A DNA stretch of 64,000 nucleotides, taken from contig DASPGX010000028.1 in NCBI GenBank assembly GCA_035620375.1, positions 2,974 through 66,973 of the forward strand, read 5' to 3'. Below the pieces are notes generated by a model that saw only the letters and a list, made by a program, of their open reading frames with translations, was not told where the DNA came from and searched no databases. Made by a program: the position numbers and the translations under genes. Of this stretch, positions 1-11,362 are shown piece by piece. The stretch is from Minisyncoccota bacterium. Its GTDB lineage: Bacteria; Patescibacteriota; Minisyncoccia; 2-02-FULL-40-12; GWA2-44-9. The first letter of the stretch is position 1; every line of letters starts with the position of its first letter.

Positions 1-3000
1 AACATTGTTTATCCTTCCCTCGCTGTTCGGTACGGCGGATATTGATACGCCCACCCTCACCTTCAATAACGACCGCGATACCGGTATTGCTCACGAGGGC
101 TCGAATGCTCCGAACAAGCTGTTCTTCGTGACCGCGGGTAACGCGAGCGTCATGATTGATGGGAGCGGAAATCTGGTGCTTGATGAGAACCTGGTCTTCG
201 GTTCAACCGGCGCTGCGAAGCTGGACGTAGAGGGTAACGCCGGTGCGAATCTCATCGTGAATTTTGCCTCCAGTTCGGGCGCGCGCGCATTTCTTATCGG
301 TCCGAACCGGGCAATGGTTGCGGGTGGGGGTGCGTACGCGGCCGCGGACGATTTCCATCAGTTCAACACGGATTCCGGCAACAATAACCCGAACCGTTCG
401 GAAATCGGCGGATTAGACGACCTGTTCATCTCGGGCGACCTGGAGCTTGACGGTATCATTGATATTGCGGGTGACGCATCGGTATCGGGCGATATAGAGA
501 TGCAGACCAATGCGACGTACCTGATTCTCCCGTCCCTTGTCAGCTCGGCCGAAATTGATACGCCCCTGATGACGTTCAATAATGACCGCGACACGGGCAT
601 CGCGCACGAGGGCACGAATGCGCCGAACAAGCTGTTCTTCGTGACCGCGGGTAACGCGAGTGTCATGATTGATGGGAGCGGAAATCTCGTTTTGGACGAG
701 AATATGGTGTTCAGCACGGCGGGAGCCGCAAAACTGGATGTGGAAGGCAATGCCGGCGCGAATCTTATCGTGAATTTCGCCTCCAGCTCCGCGGCGCGTG
801 CGTTCCTTATCGGACCGAACCGGGCGGTGACAATCGGTGGTGCGGCGTACAACGCTGCAGACGATTTCAACCAGATTAACGACGATGCCACGAACAATAA
901 TCCCGGCAGGGCGGAAATCGATTCCATTACCGACCTGTTTATCGCGGACGACGTCGAGATCGACGGCATTTTGGACGTCGGCGGCGCCGCATCCATTTCG
1001 GGCCAACTGGAAGTCGGCACGACATTTAACCGGGAAACCCTGAAGGTGAAGGGCAATAACGGCACGAACGTTTCAACGGCGAATATCACGTTCGTTGACG
1101 ACCCGGATACCGGGTTTGCGAACCTCAGTCAGAACGGCGGCCCGGACAAGATATTCGTGGTGAACGGTGGCTCCGCCAATGCCGTCTTTGATGACGACGG
1201 AGACCTGCTTCTGCGTGACGGCCTGGCGTGGAACACGTCCGACGGCGATGCGAAACTTCACGTCATCAGTGCGGGGAGCGAGAATATTTTCATTGCGGCA
1301 TCCACTTCGGCGTCAACGTTTACCCTTACGAAGTACGGCGTATTTGTCCTCGGCGATGCAACATTCAACGCGAACCTGGAAACGTTCAACCAGTTTAATG
1401 ACGAAACGACGAACACGAACCCTGGCCGCAGTGAAATCACCGATGAAGAGGATCTGTTCATCGCCGGAGACCTGGAGATTGACGGGATACTGGATATTGG
1501 GGGATTCGCATCGATTTCCGGCGACCTGGAGGTCGGTACAAGTAATGAGTTCTTTGTGGACGTCTCGGCGAACAACGTCGGCATCAATACCAGTGCGCCG
1601 ACGGCCACGCTGCACGTCAGCAACCTGACGGCATCCCAGGACATCGTGAATATTTACGACAACACGACCGAGGTATTCAGTATTCTGGACGGCGGTAATG
1701 TCGGGGTGAACGTGACCGATCCGGTTGCCCGGTTCGCGGTGAGCAACGGTGCGGGTGCGCAGGACATATTCAACCTTTTTGACAACACGACCGAGGTCAT
1801 GACGGTTCTGAACGGAGGAAATGTCGGTATCGGCGCCACCGGACCGGAAATGCTGCTGGAGGTGGGCGGGAACATCCTGGCCTCCAATTCGGGCAATATC
1901 TATATCGGAACCGGATTGTTCCAGGTCAGCGGCGTGACGGCTGCGGCGTACAACCGTTTCGGGACCGGCACTACCGGTCATGCGTTGTCCGGCCAGAGCG
2001 ACGTACTGGTGAGCGATGACCTTGAAGTGGATGGTGTTCTGTTCGCCGACGGCGGCGCGACCATGGGCGGGACACTGAACCTGAACAGCAACAACATCAC
2101 GAACGGCGGCACGATTACCGGTACGACCATCACCGGAACAAGCTTCTCGGGCGGGTCATTCAGCGGTTCCAGCCTCTCGGTCAGCGGCGGCGTGAGCGGT
2201 GCGGGAGCGTCGTTCTCCGGAAACATTGAGGTCGCGGGCATCGCCAAACTATCCGCCGGTTCGGCGGGTGCCCCCTCGTATACCTTTACCAGTCAGACGA
2301 ATACGGGAATGTTCCGCAGCGGCACCAGCGTCGGCATCTCCGCCGCGGGAACCCAAATCGGCCTCTTCAGCACGGCCGGGCTTACCGTAACTGGGACCAT
2401 AGAGGCAAGCGGCGGTTTTATCGACAACGGCAACGCCGGCATCGACACGGACTGTGCGGCCAATGAATTCCTCGGCAACCAGACCACCTCGGGCGGCATC
2501 GTGACCGCCGGCTCCTGTGAGACGGACGACGTGGACTATGCCGAGCGCTTCTACGCGGGCGAATCCGGCATCGCTCCCGGTGACGTCATCGTCGCCGACC
2601 CGCGCGGCGCCGTTGATATCGGCGTCCCCGGCGCCGACTACAACCAGGCGGTCGTCCGCAGCACCACAGCCTACCAGGGCTCCACCATCGGCATCATCTC
2701 CACCATGCCCGGACTCATCATCGGCGCCAAAGGCACGGCGGAGCATCCCACCGTGGAAGTCGCCCTCGCCGGCCGCGTCCCCGTGAAGGTCAACGACCAG
2801 AACGGCCCCGTATCCGTGGGAGACATGCTCACCAGCTCCGATGAGCCCGGCATCGCCATGCGCGCCAACCGCGCCGGCATGGTCGTCGGTACCGCCCTGA
2901 CCGAACCCTACGCCTCCGGCTCCCAGCAGTATGTCATCGCCTTCGTGAACCCGCAGTTCTGGATGCCCACCGTCGGCGAAACCGACGACCTCTTCCCGAC

Positions 3001-3541
3001 GGCCGAGGAAGCGGGACTGTTTGAGCGGTTTGTGGGGTATCTGCGGGAACTGCTGGATATCACGCTGGAGAAAGGACTGATTGCGACCATCAAGGGAGTG
3101 TTCACCGAGGTCGTGACCGAGCGGCTCTGTCTGGAGGATGTATGTATCACCAAGGACGAGCTGCGCGGCCTCCTGGATTCCGGCGGAATCGTCCCCGTGG
3201 ACGGGTCCGGCGGACAACCGTCAGATGAGCCGGAAGACGAACAGGACGGGAGTGCGGATGGCGGGGCATCAGGAGGCGATACCTCAGACGGGCAGGATGA
3301 AGGGGAAGAGGTTACGGAAACCGTCGATGACGCCGGAACGGACGACGATGAGAATACTGCCGACGATTCAGGCAATCAGTCCGCGGATGAGACGTCGGAA
3401 ACCGAAGGCGGTGATGCCGGGGAGGGAGCGTCGGCAGATACAGCGGAAGACAGTTCTGCAGGGGAGACCGGTGACAGCGGAACGGAGGCCGGTCCCGATT
3501 CCGGGTCATCGTCATCGGGCGAAAGTGGTGATACGGAGTAA
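1..3541 (+). CDS. Giant fibre-like cell-surface protein (5'-truncated by window edge) with ~171-aa repeats, GNVGI-type repeats, peptidase G2-like autocleaving chaperone domain and acidic tail
   Basis: Open frame from window start. Two near-identical 171-aa repeats (period 513 nt) plus a degenerate third; NVGINTSAP/GNVGVN/GNVGIG repeats; DYAERF...PGD...GIIST.PG...VALAGRVPVKV...GD.LTSS...G.AM motif; LCLEDVCITKDEL segment; Asp/Glu/Ser/Gly-rich C-tail. Confidence 0.8.
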   Translation, partial: TLFILPSLFGTADIDTPTLTFNNDRDTGIAHEGSNAPNKLFFVTAGNASVMIDGSGNLVLDENLVFGSTGAAKLDVEGNAGANLIVNFASSSGARAFLIGPNRAMVAGGGAYAAADDFHQFNTDSGNNNPNRSEIGGLDDLFISGDLELDGIIDIAGDASVSGDIEMQTNATYLILPSLVSSAEIDTPLMTFNNDRDTGIAHEGTNAPNKLFFVTAGNASVMIDGSGNLVLDENMVFSTAGAAKLDVEGNAGANLIVNFASSSAARAFLIGPNRAVTIGGAAYNAADDFNQINDDATNNNPGRAEIDSITDLFIADDVEIDGILDVGGAASISGQLEVGTTFNRETLKVKGNNGTNVSTANITFVDDPDTGFANLSQNGGPDKIFVVNGGSANAVFDDDGDLLLRDGLAWNTSDGDAKLHVISAGSENIFIAASTSASTFTLTKYGVFVLGDATFNANLETFNQFNDETTNTNPGRSEITDEEDLFIAGDLEIDGILDIGGFASISGDLEVGTSNEFFVDVSANNVGINTSAPTATLHVSNLTASQDIVNIYDNTTEVFSILDGGNVGVNVTDPVARFAVSNGAGAQDIFNLFDNTTEVMTVLNGGNVGIGATGPEMLLEVGGNILASNSGNIYIGTGLFQVSGVTAAAYNRFGTGTTGHALSGQSDVLVSDDLEVDGVLFADGGATMGGTLNLNSNNITNGGTITGTTITGTSFSGGSFSGSSLSVSGGVSGAGASFSGNIEVAGIAKLSAGSAGAPSYTFTSQTNTGMFRSGTSVGISAAGTQIGLFSTAGLTVTGTIEASGGFIDNGNAGIDTDCAANEFLGNQTTSGGIVTAGSCETDDVDYAERFYAGESGIAPGDVIVADPRGAVDIGVPGADYNQAVVRSTTAYQGSTIGIISTMPGLIIGAKGTAEHPTVEVALAGRVPVKVNDQNGPVSVGDMLTSSDEPGIAMRANRAGMVVGTALTEPYASGSQQYVIAFVNPQFWMPTVGETDDLFPTAEEAGLFERFVGYLRELLDITLEKGLIATIKGVFTEVVTERLCLEDVCITKDELRGLLDSGGIVPVDGSGGQPSDEPEDEQDGSADGGASGGDTSDGQDEGEEVTETVDDAGTDDDENTADDSGNQSADETSETEGGDAGEGASADTAEDSSAGETGDSGTEAGPDSGSSSSGESGDTE
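11..1020 (+). repeat. Intragenic tandem repeat, ~513-nt unit (2 close copies; a third, diverged copy extends to ~1540)
   Basis: ILPSL...TFNNDRDTGIAHEG.NAPNKLFFVTAGNASVMIDGSGNLVLDEN begins at nt 11 and again at nt 524, with long stretches of nucleotide identity. Confidence 0.9.
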
Positions 3542-3642
3542 AAATATGTCCGAGAGCGGCGCTGGAAGCCCCAATATAACGATTTTTCCGAATGTCTGAC
3601 GAAAAAGACCCGTTCTGAGCGTGTGAGCGATATTGGAGGGAT

Positions 3643-3670
3643 GACTTTTTCCACAGCTGTGGAAAAAGTC
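3643..3670. promoter_or_regulatory. Perfect 28-bp palindrome containing two inverted DnaA-box-like 9-mers
   Basis: GACTTTTTCCACAG|CTGTGGAAAAAGTC; contains TTTTCCACA and its reverse complement. Confidence 0.5.
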
Positions 3671-3757
3671 GGTTGGCGTTCGTCCGAAGCGGTTGGTATG
3701 CTTTCGCCAACGTAATATTTGCCGGGATTTTCGGAGGGACCGGCGTCTGAAGCTCAC

Positions 3758-4468
3758 ATGAAAGTCGTATCAAAATTGCTTGCGGGTCTGATTCTTGTCG
3801 CGGCCATCGCCGGAGGCGGCTGGTATTTCTTCAATAAGGGTAAGCAGGAGTTCGTCATCAAGCCGGGTGAGAAACTTTCCGAGGAGCAGGTGTCGCGGCT
3901 GGTCCAGCGCGTCGGACGGTTCCTCGTGCTTCCGGACAACGAGGAGCCCTCGGTCGCGGCCATCGTTGACGCCGCCGCGCTCGCCGAACGCCAGTCGTTC
4001 TACCAAGGCGCAAAGGACGGCGATATTCTTCTGGTCTACTCCAACAAAGCCATCATCTATGACGCGGTTGAAGATAAACTGGTGAATGTCGGACCCATCG
4101 TGCGCACGGACGAGCCGGTTGCGCCGGTCGCCAGCGGAAGCGGAACTCCGCTGCCGGAGGCAAGCGCGACGCCTGCTCCCGAGCCGACCGAGCCCGTCAC
4201 TATTGAAGTCCGCAACGGCACGACGACCGCCGGCCTCGCCGGAGCGATGCGCGACGAGCTGAAGAAGAACGAGCTGTTCAACGTGACCTCCGTCGGCGAC
4301 GCGACGGGCAGTTACACGGAAACGTTCATCGTTGACCTGACAGGCGGCAAGAAGTTCGCGACCGTCCAGGCGCTGCAGCAGGAGCTGAAGACCGCGAAGC
4401 TGGTGACGGCGCTTCCTCAGGGCGAGCGCTCCACGACGGCAGAAGTTCTCGTTCTTATCGGGAAGTAG
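3758..4468 (+). CDS. Membrane-anchored LytR C-terminal domain protein
   Basis: N-terminal TM helix; C-terminal VTIEVRNGTTTAGLA...VGDA...VLVLIGK matches the LytR_C pattern. Confidence 0.75.
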   Translation: MKVVSKLLAGLILVAAIAGGGWYFFNKGKQEFVIKPGEKLSEEQVSRLVQRVGRFLVLPDNEEPSVAAIVDAAALAERQSFYQGAKDGDILLVYSNKAIIYDAVEDKLVNVGPIVRTDEPVAPVASGSGTPLPEASATPAPEPTEPVTIEVRNGTTTAGLAGAMRDELKKNELFNVTSVGDATGSYTETFIVDLTGGKKFATVQALQQELKTAKLVTALPQGERSTTAEVLVLIGK

Positions 4469-4484
4469 CCGCCCCGAAAGCCCT

Positions 4485-4529
4485 CCTATATACTGAACGG
4501 CTCATCATATGAGCCGTTCAGTATATAGG
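4485..4529. repeat. Palindromic element copy 1 (core AACGGCTCAT-NNN-ATGAGCCGTT)
   Basis: 21-bp perfect stem CCTATATACTGAACGGCTCAT / ATGAGCCGTTCAGTATATAGG with a 3-nt loop. Confidence 0.9.
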
Positions 4530-4649
4530 TACGGTGAATTCTAAAGTTATCTACATACCACTTGCGGAGGGTATGCTATCATCCAAGTGCAACCTGGTAA
4601 CGCAAAAGCGCTTGTGAACCAAGCGTTTTTGCGTTTTAATGAGGAAACG

Positions 4650-7091
4650 ATGGAGCGCTCGTACGACCCTTCTTCCCTTGAGAAGAAGTGGCACGAACAG
4701 TGGCAGGACGCCGGACTCTACAGGACTCCCGATTCCGAAAAGGAGCGGGAGAATTTCATGTTGCTGACGGAATTTCCGTATCCGTCGGGCAATCTCCATA
4801 TCGGACACTGGTACGCCTTCGCGTTGCCGGACATGCTCGCGCGGTATTTGCGCATGACCGGCAGGAACGTCCTGTATCCCATCGGCTTTGACGCGTTCGG
4901 ATTGCCGGCCGAGAACGCCGCCATCCAGCGCGGCGTTCATCCGGAGGCGTGGACCCGGGAAAATATCGCGACCATGACGGAGCAGCTCCGCTCCATGGGG
5001 GCGTCGTTCGACTGGTCGCGGGCGGTTTCCACCATTGACCCGGCATATTACCGGTGGACGCAGTGGATGTTCCTCCGCTTTTTTGAAAAGGGCCTTGCCT
5101 ACAGGGCACGGACGACGGTCAACTGGTGTCCGAAAGACAAAACTGTCCTTGCCAATGAGCAGGTCGTCGACGGCGCCTGTGACCGGTGCGGCACGGCGGT
5201 TCAGCAGCAGGAGCGCGAACAGTGGATGCTCAAGACGACGGCGTACGCGGCTGAATTGGCTTCGGACCTTCAGGGGCTGGATTATCCCGAATCCACCAAA
5301 GCCGCCCAGCGGAACTGGATAGGGCCGAGCGAGGGCGCGGAAATCATTTTCCGGCTCAATGTACCGGGCCAGGACGACGGAAAGCACAGCGTGGCCGTCT
5401 TCACGACGCGGCCCGACACGCTGTTCGGCTGTACCTACCTTGCGGTTTCTCCCGAGCTGGCGAAGAAGTGGATGGACGTCGGGTGGGAAGCCCCGGACGC
5501 GGTCCGGGCGTACGTGGACGATGCGTTATCGCGGCGCGAGCTGGAACGCCTTGAGCGGGAAAAGACGGGCGTGGACAGCGGAGTAGCCGCCATCAACCCC
5601 GTTAACGGCGGGAAGGTGCCGGTCTGGGTTGCTGATTACGTGTTGGGCTCCTACGGTACCGGCGCCATCATGGCCGTTCCGGCGCACGACGAACGCGATT
5701 TTGAGTTCGCGGAGAAATTCGGCCTGCCCGTACGACAGGTAATCGAACCGGCCGGAGGAGACGATTCGTCCGGGGGCTCCGTCTATGCCGGAGAAGGCGT
5801 GCTTACGAACTCTGGGCCGTATGACGGTTTGGATTCCGCGCAGGCGCGAACGAAGATTACCGCAGAACTCGCTTCCAAGGGTCACGGTTCAGCCCGCACG
5901 ACATACCGTCTCCGCGATTGGATATTGTCCCGTCAGCGCTACTGGGGGTGTCCGATTCCGCTCATTTCGTGCAAGGAGTGCGGATTTGTCCCTGTTCCCG
6001 ACGAACAGCTGCCCGTCGAACTTCCTCCGCTGGACGACTTCAGGCCCGCCGATGACGGACGCTCTCCGCTCGCCAAGGCCGCGGGGTGGGTGAAAGCCGC
6101 ATGTCCGAAGTGCGGCGGAGACGCCGAGCGTGAAACCGATACGATGGATACCTTCGTGGATTCCTCGTGGTACTTCCTCCGGTACGCCGACCCGGACAAT
6201 GGCGGACGGTTCGCCGGTGAGGATAAAATCGGGGCATGGCTTCCCGTGCCGATGTACGTCGGCGGAGCGGAACACAATACGATGCACCTGCTGTATTCGC
6301 GGTTCTGGACGCGTGCGCTGAACGGCCTGGGCCTGGTGCCGTTCGCCGAGCCGTACCTGGCGCGGAGGAACCACGGCGTAATCCTCGGTCCGGACGGGCA
6401 GAAGATGTCCAAGTCGCGCGGGAACGTTATCGACCCCGACGAGCAGGTGGCCAAGTACGGCGCGGACACGGTGCGTATGTACCTGGCGTTCATGGCGCCG
6501 TACGAGCAGGGCGGACCGTGGGATCCCAAGGGCATCACCGGGGTGCACCGGTTCCTCAAGCGCTTCTGGGCGTTCGTCCATGACCGCTGGGAAAGCGCGG
6601 ACGGAGCGGACAGCGAAGATGCCGCAAAGGCGGTTCACCGGGCGAACCGGGACATCGGCGACGATTTGGCGAACCTCCGCTTTAATACGGCGGTTTCTTC
6701 GGCGATGATAATGCTCAATGCGCTTGAGACGGAAACAAAAGTCTCGCGGGACCTTCTCCGCCGGATGGTGCGCATCCTCGCGCCGATGGCCCCGCATATG
6801 GCCGAGGAACTCTGGCGTGGGACGCTCGGCGAACATGAGTCGGTCCACGTACAGAAATGGCCGGAGCCCGAGGAGGACATTCTGCGGGAGGACGAGTACG
6901 AACTGCCGGTTCAGGTGAACGGGAAACTGCGGGGGAGAATCGTCGTCGGACGCACCGATGACGAACGGACGGCGGTCGCGAAAGCGCTGCAATCCCCTGA
7001 TATTTTGCGGATTATCGGGGAGCAGTCCCCGAAAAAGACCGTATTTGTCGCCGGACGGATGCTCAATATCCTTGTGGATGAGAGCCATTGA
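4650..7091 (+). CDS. leuS: Leucine--tRNA ligase
   Basis: FPYPSGNLHIGH (HIGH), VFTTRPDTLFG editing domain, SRQRYWG, KMSKS; GAGGA upstream of ATG 4650. Confidence 0.97.
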   Translation: MERSYDPSSLEKKWHEQWQDAGLYRTPDSEKERENFMLLTEFPYPSGNLHIGHWYAFALPDMLARYLRMTGRNVLYPIGFDAFGLPAENAAIQRGVHPEAWTRENIATMTEQLRSMGASFDWSRAVSTIDPAYYRWTQWMFLRFFEKGLAYRARTTVNWCPKDKTVLANEQVVDGACDRCGTAVQQQEREQWMLKTTAYAAELASDLQGLDYPESTKAAQRNWIGPSEGAEIIFRLNVPGQDDGKHSVAVFTTRPDTLFGCTYLAVSPELAKKWMDVGWEAPDAVRAYVDDALSRRELERLEREKTGVDSGVAAINPVNGGKVPVWVADYVLGSYGTGAIMAVPAHDERDFEFAEKFGLPVRQVIEPAGGDDSSGGSVYAGEGVLTNSGPYDGLDSAQARTKITAELASKGHGSARTTYRLRDWILSRQRYWGCPIPLISCKECGFVPVPDEQLPVELPPLDDFRPADDGRSPLAKAAGWVKAACPKCGGDAERETDTMDTFVDSSWYFLRYADPDNGGRFAGEDKIGAWLPVPMYVGGAEHNTMHLLYSRFWTRALNGLGLVPFAEPYLARRNHGVILGPDGQKMSKSRGNVIDPDEQVAKYGADTVRMYLAFMAPYEQGGPWDPKGITGVHRFLKRFWAFVHDRWESADGADSEDAAKAVHRANRDIGDDLANLRFNTAVSSAMIMLNALETETKVSRDLLRRMVRILAPMAPHMAEELWRGTLGEHESVHVQKWPEPEEDILREDEYELPVQVNGKLRGRIVVGRTDDERTAVAKALQSPDILRIIGEQSPKKTVFVAGRMLNILVDESH

Positions 7092-7117
7092 CACGGCCCC
7101 GCATGAGTTGCTATAAT
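7088..7117 (+). promoter_or_regulatory. Sigma70-type promoter for khpA
   Basis: TTGACA-N18-TATAAT with TG extension (TGCTATAAT), overlapping the leuS stop. Confidence 0.7.
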
Positions 7118-7206
7118 AATAGGTAGCGGTCGTACGACATCTAATCTGTCCGCCGATGGCGGAGCGTGCCACAGGGCATGCACCGGCCGCCGGCAGACCT
7201 TCCGAA

Positions 7207-7548
7207 ATGGAGGACAATGACCGGCAGTTCGTAGAATACGTAATCAAGTCCATCGTGACGCATCCGGACGACGTGAAAGTCGACCGGACCGTGGACGAAC
7301 TCGGCGTCCTGCTGACCGTGAAGGTGCACCGGGACGACATGGGTCTGCTCATCGGCCGCAGCGGCGCGACGGCGAAGTCCATCCGCACGCTGGCCCGCAT
7401 CGTGGGCATGCGCAACAACTCGCGCGTGAACATGAGGATTGAGGAGCCCGAAGGCGGACGCATGGAAAAGCCCGTCGGTTCCGGCAGCGTCCTGACCGAG
7501 GACGGCAAGAGCAAGGACATCGCGGACGTCTTGGGTGATTTGCAGTAA
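7207..7548 (+). CDS. khpA: KH-domain RNA-binding protein KhpA/YlqC
   Basis: FVEYVIKSIV.HPDDV...DMGLLIGRSG.TA.SIRTL; adjacent to trmD as usual. Confidence 0.85.
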   Translation: MEDNDRQFVEYVIKSIVTHPDDVKVDRTVDELGVLLTVKVHRDDMGLLIGRSGATAKSIRTLARIVGMRNNSRVNMRIEEPEGGRMEKPVGSGSVLTEDGKSKDIADVLGDLQ

Positions 7549-7602
7549 TCGCTTCACGAAAGCACCGCCCGCCTGAGTGAGGCGGGCTTTCGTTCAGCTC
7601 CG

Positions 7603-7721
7603 GGATTGGCTATTTCACCCGGTACCGTCGTTGCCGCTGCGCGCTTCGCGAGACGTACGTTGAGTACGCCTCGCTCCAGTGCTCGCTCTGCGCCTCGGTC
7701 TCGGGCGAAATATCTCAATCC
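7603..7721. repeat. Dispersed ~100-120 bp structured repeat, copy A
   Basis: Terminal imperfect inverted repeats; core CGTTGCCGCTG...CGTAC..GTACG.CTCGCTCC..TGCTCGCTC..CGCCT matches the reverse complement of 59416-59513. Confidence 0.7.
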
Positions 7722-7750
7722 GTGGTAGAACCACTACGGAGGCACAAACT

Positions 7751-8395
7751 ATGCTGAAGTTTGAGATTATCACCATCTTTCCGGACATATTCACGGGATT
7801 TCTACAGGAGTCCCTGATTTCCAAGGCGCAGAAGAAGCGTCTGATTTCCATTCGCACGCATTACCTGCGTAAATGGACCACCGACCGTCATCAGACCGTG
7901 GACGGCAAGCCCTACGGCGGGGGTCCGGGTCTGGTGATGAAGGTGGAGCCGCTCTATAAGGCCGTGCGTGACATCACGAAGCGGAAGACCGGGAAGACCC
8001 GCGTCGTTCTGTTTTCGCCGCGCGGAAAGCAACTGGACCAGAAAACGGTCCGGCGTTGGGCGAAGCTGGACCGTCTGGTGTTCATCTGCGGGCGCTACGA
8101 GGGCGTGGACGAGCGGGTCGCCGACCATGTCGCCGACGAGGTCGTCTCCGTCGGGCCGTACGTGCTCAACGGCGGCGAGGTCGCGGCGATGGCCGCGATA
8201 GAGGCGGTATCACGGCTGGTTCCCGGATTCATGCATGATGAAGACAGCCAGACCAAGGAGGATCACCCGCAGTTCACCAAGCCGGAAGTGTTCAGCCCGG
8301 AGTCCGGAGTGCGGTGGCGCGTCCCCAAGGTTCTGCTCTCGGGCAACCACGCGGAAATCGCCCGGTGGCGGCAAAAGCGTCTCAAAAAGAACTGA
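7751..8395 (+). CDS. trmD: tRNA (guanine-N1)-methyltransferase
   Basis: VDGKPYGGGPGLVM, SPRG, CGRYEGVDER, GPYVLNGGE, VPKVLLSGNH. Confidence 0.97.
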   Translation: MLKFEIITIFPDIFTGFLQESLISKAQKKRLISIRTHYLRKWTTDRHQTVDGKPYGGGPGLVMKVEPLYKAVRDITKRKTGKTRVVLFSPRGKQLDQKTVRRWAKLDRLVFICGRYEGVDERVADHVADEVVSVGPYVLNGGEVAAMAAIEAVSRLVPGFMHDEDSQTKEDHPQFTKPEVFSPESGVRWRVPKVLLSGNHAEIARWRQKRLKKN

Positions 8396-8439
8396 TTCCG
8401 TGTGCATAGCGGCATCCGGGGGTCTGGTATACTGACAGT

Positions 8440-8694
8440 ATGGTATCGGACGCCCACCACCGTTTCGCCGCGCTCGTTTCGGGCTCTGCGCTTTCCGACG
8501 ACGACAAGTCGGCGTGGCTGGATTTCGCCGACATGCTCGGCGGAAGCGACGTTGCGGCACTGCTTGAGCGCGCGGAAAGCGCGCCCGGCGCCCTGAAGGA
8601 GATGAACGATGAGCTGAAACTGAAGCAGGAATATATCCGGACGGGCGACTCCGCGGTTCTGGAGCGGATGTCCGGCCAATCCCATGCCGAATAA
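8440..8694 (+). CDS. Hypothetical protein (84 aa)
   Basis: ORF with extended -10 (TGGTATACT) 6 nt upstream of the ATG; overlaps the next gene. Confidence 0.6.
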   Translation: MVSDAHHRFAALVSGSALSDDDKSAWLDFADMLGGSDVAALLERAESAPGALKEMNDELKLKQEYIRTGDSAVLERMSGQSHAE

Positions 8695-9616
8695 GAGCGA
8701 ACAACCGCAGGCGGTCCCGCAAACTGAATCCGTTGCTCCGGCGCGCGCGCGGGAGCGTGAAGAGAATCTCGAGCGGGCGGCTTCACGTACCGGCGAACTG
8801 GTGACCGCCGATATTAAAGCCGCTGACGAGGTGCCGGTCCGCCGCCGGGGTAACCGTCTCCGTTCCGCGGTTCTGCTGACGACAATGGCCGTCACCGGGT
8901 TCATCTCTGAGACGATGGGAGTGAAGCCTGCGGAGGCCGGACAGGGCCACGGGCGGGAAACGGCGCGTGAGCTGATGTGGGAAGGGAGCTATTTCGCAAA
9001 CCAGATAGTGGACCGGAATCTGTATGACTCCATCATGCGGATTCAGAACGCCCAGGAGCGCATGCGGCAGATTGAGTACCAGCTGCAGGACGCCCAGCGC
9101 CAGCGGAGCGAGAACGCCGGCGAACTCGGGCGGATAAACAGCGAGCTTGCCGGTCACATGAATACGCTTGCCGCAAAACCGGGCTACCTTGAATACGCGA
9201 CCCAGCACGAGCGGTACCTGACCCTCGGGCACATGCGGACTGAACTTGCCACGGCGCTGTACGGCGGCAATGCGCTGGGGGCCATGGCCGCCATTCAGCA
9301 GCGCGTGAAGGAGATTGATGACGAGCGGGCTGCAATCAGCAGGCAGCTGAAAAAGATTGCCGCGCAGCATTCCATCGACGAGCATCAGAACCAGCCGTGG
9401 GAGCTGGTGGAGCATATGAATCTGGTCAACGAGCAGTACCGGCGGATTTCCGAGCAGATGCGGCTGACGAAGGCGATGGAGCTGTGGACGGTGGAACTCC
9501 AGGGGGCGTCCGGAGCATTGTCCGATGCCGAGAGTTCACGCCGGAGGAATGAACTTCTCCGGGCGGGAATTCAGGTCGGGACCACGGTCCTGGACACGAT
9601 TTTGCGGCCCCGGTAG
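8684..9616 (+). CDS. Hypothetical coiled-coil protein with internal signal-peptide-like segment
   Basis: Charged disordered N-terminus, then RRRGNRLRSAVLLTTMAVTGF...PAEA and long Gln/Glu-rich helices. Confidence 0.7.
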   Translation: MPNKSEQPQAVPQTESVAPARAREREENLERAASRTGELVTADIKAADEVPVRRRGNRLRSAVLLTTMAVTGFISETMGVKPAEAGQGHGRETARELMWEGSYFANQIVDRNLYDSIMRIQNAQERMRQIEYQLQDAQRQRSENAGELGRINSELAGHMNTLAAKPGYLEYATQHERYLTLGHMRTELATALYGGNALGAMAAIQQRVKEIDDERAAISRQLKKIAAQHSIDEHQNQPWELVEHMNLVNEQYRRISEQMRLTKAMELWTVELQGASGALSDAESSRRRNELLRAGIQVGTTVLDTILRPR

Positions 9617-9633
9617 GCCCGTTTTCCGGGCTA

Positions 9634-9662
9634 TTGACGGTTTCTGGGATGCCGAGTATACT
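9634..9662 (+). promoter_or_regulatory. rRNA promoter
   Basis: TTGACG-N17-TATACT about 200 nt upstream of the 16S gene. Confidence 0.75.
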
Positions 9663-9859
9663 GGCGGCACTCCTATGAGGGATGTCATAGAAGCATAAAA
9701 ACCACCCTATTCTGCGGTACACCCGCGTTTGCCCCCATCCGGAGGCAAACGCGGTTGTATTGTGAGGTCACCGAAGGTGACCGAAACCCCGAGCATCGTC
9801 GAGGGGTGCTCTACAGCCGGGGACCTTGTCAATTTGATATAGCCAATCAGTTCCATTCC

Positions 9860-11362
<1,503 letters not shown>

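Noticed and set aside
1-1540. Repeats as a CRISPR array or DGR template/variable pair
   Set aside because: They are in-frame protein repeats with largely synonymous or conservative differences; there are no spacers, cas genes or reverse transcriptase in the window.
3542-3757. Replication origin at the DnaA-like palindrome
   Set aside because: Only two imperfect boxes, no AT-rich unwinding element, and no dnaA/dnaN adjacent.
7156-7206. Longer N-terminus for KhpA from ATG 7156
   Set aside because: That ATG lies within a TCCGCC/GGCGGA hairpin, and family similarity starts at 7207.
5889-7520. 543-aa minus-strand ORF
   Set aside because: Antisense to leuS/khpA with no recognisable domain.
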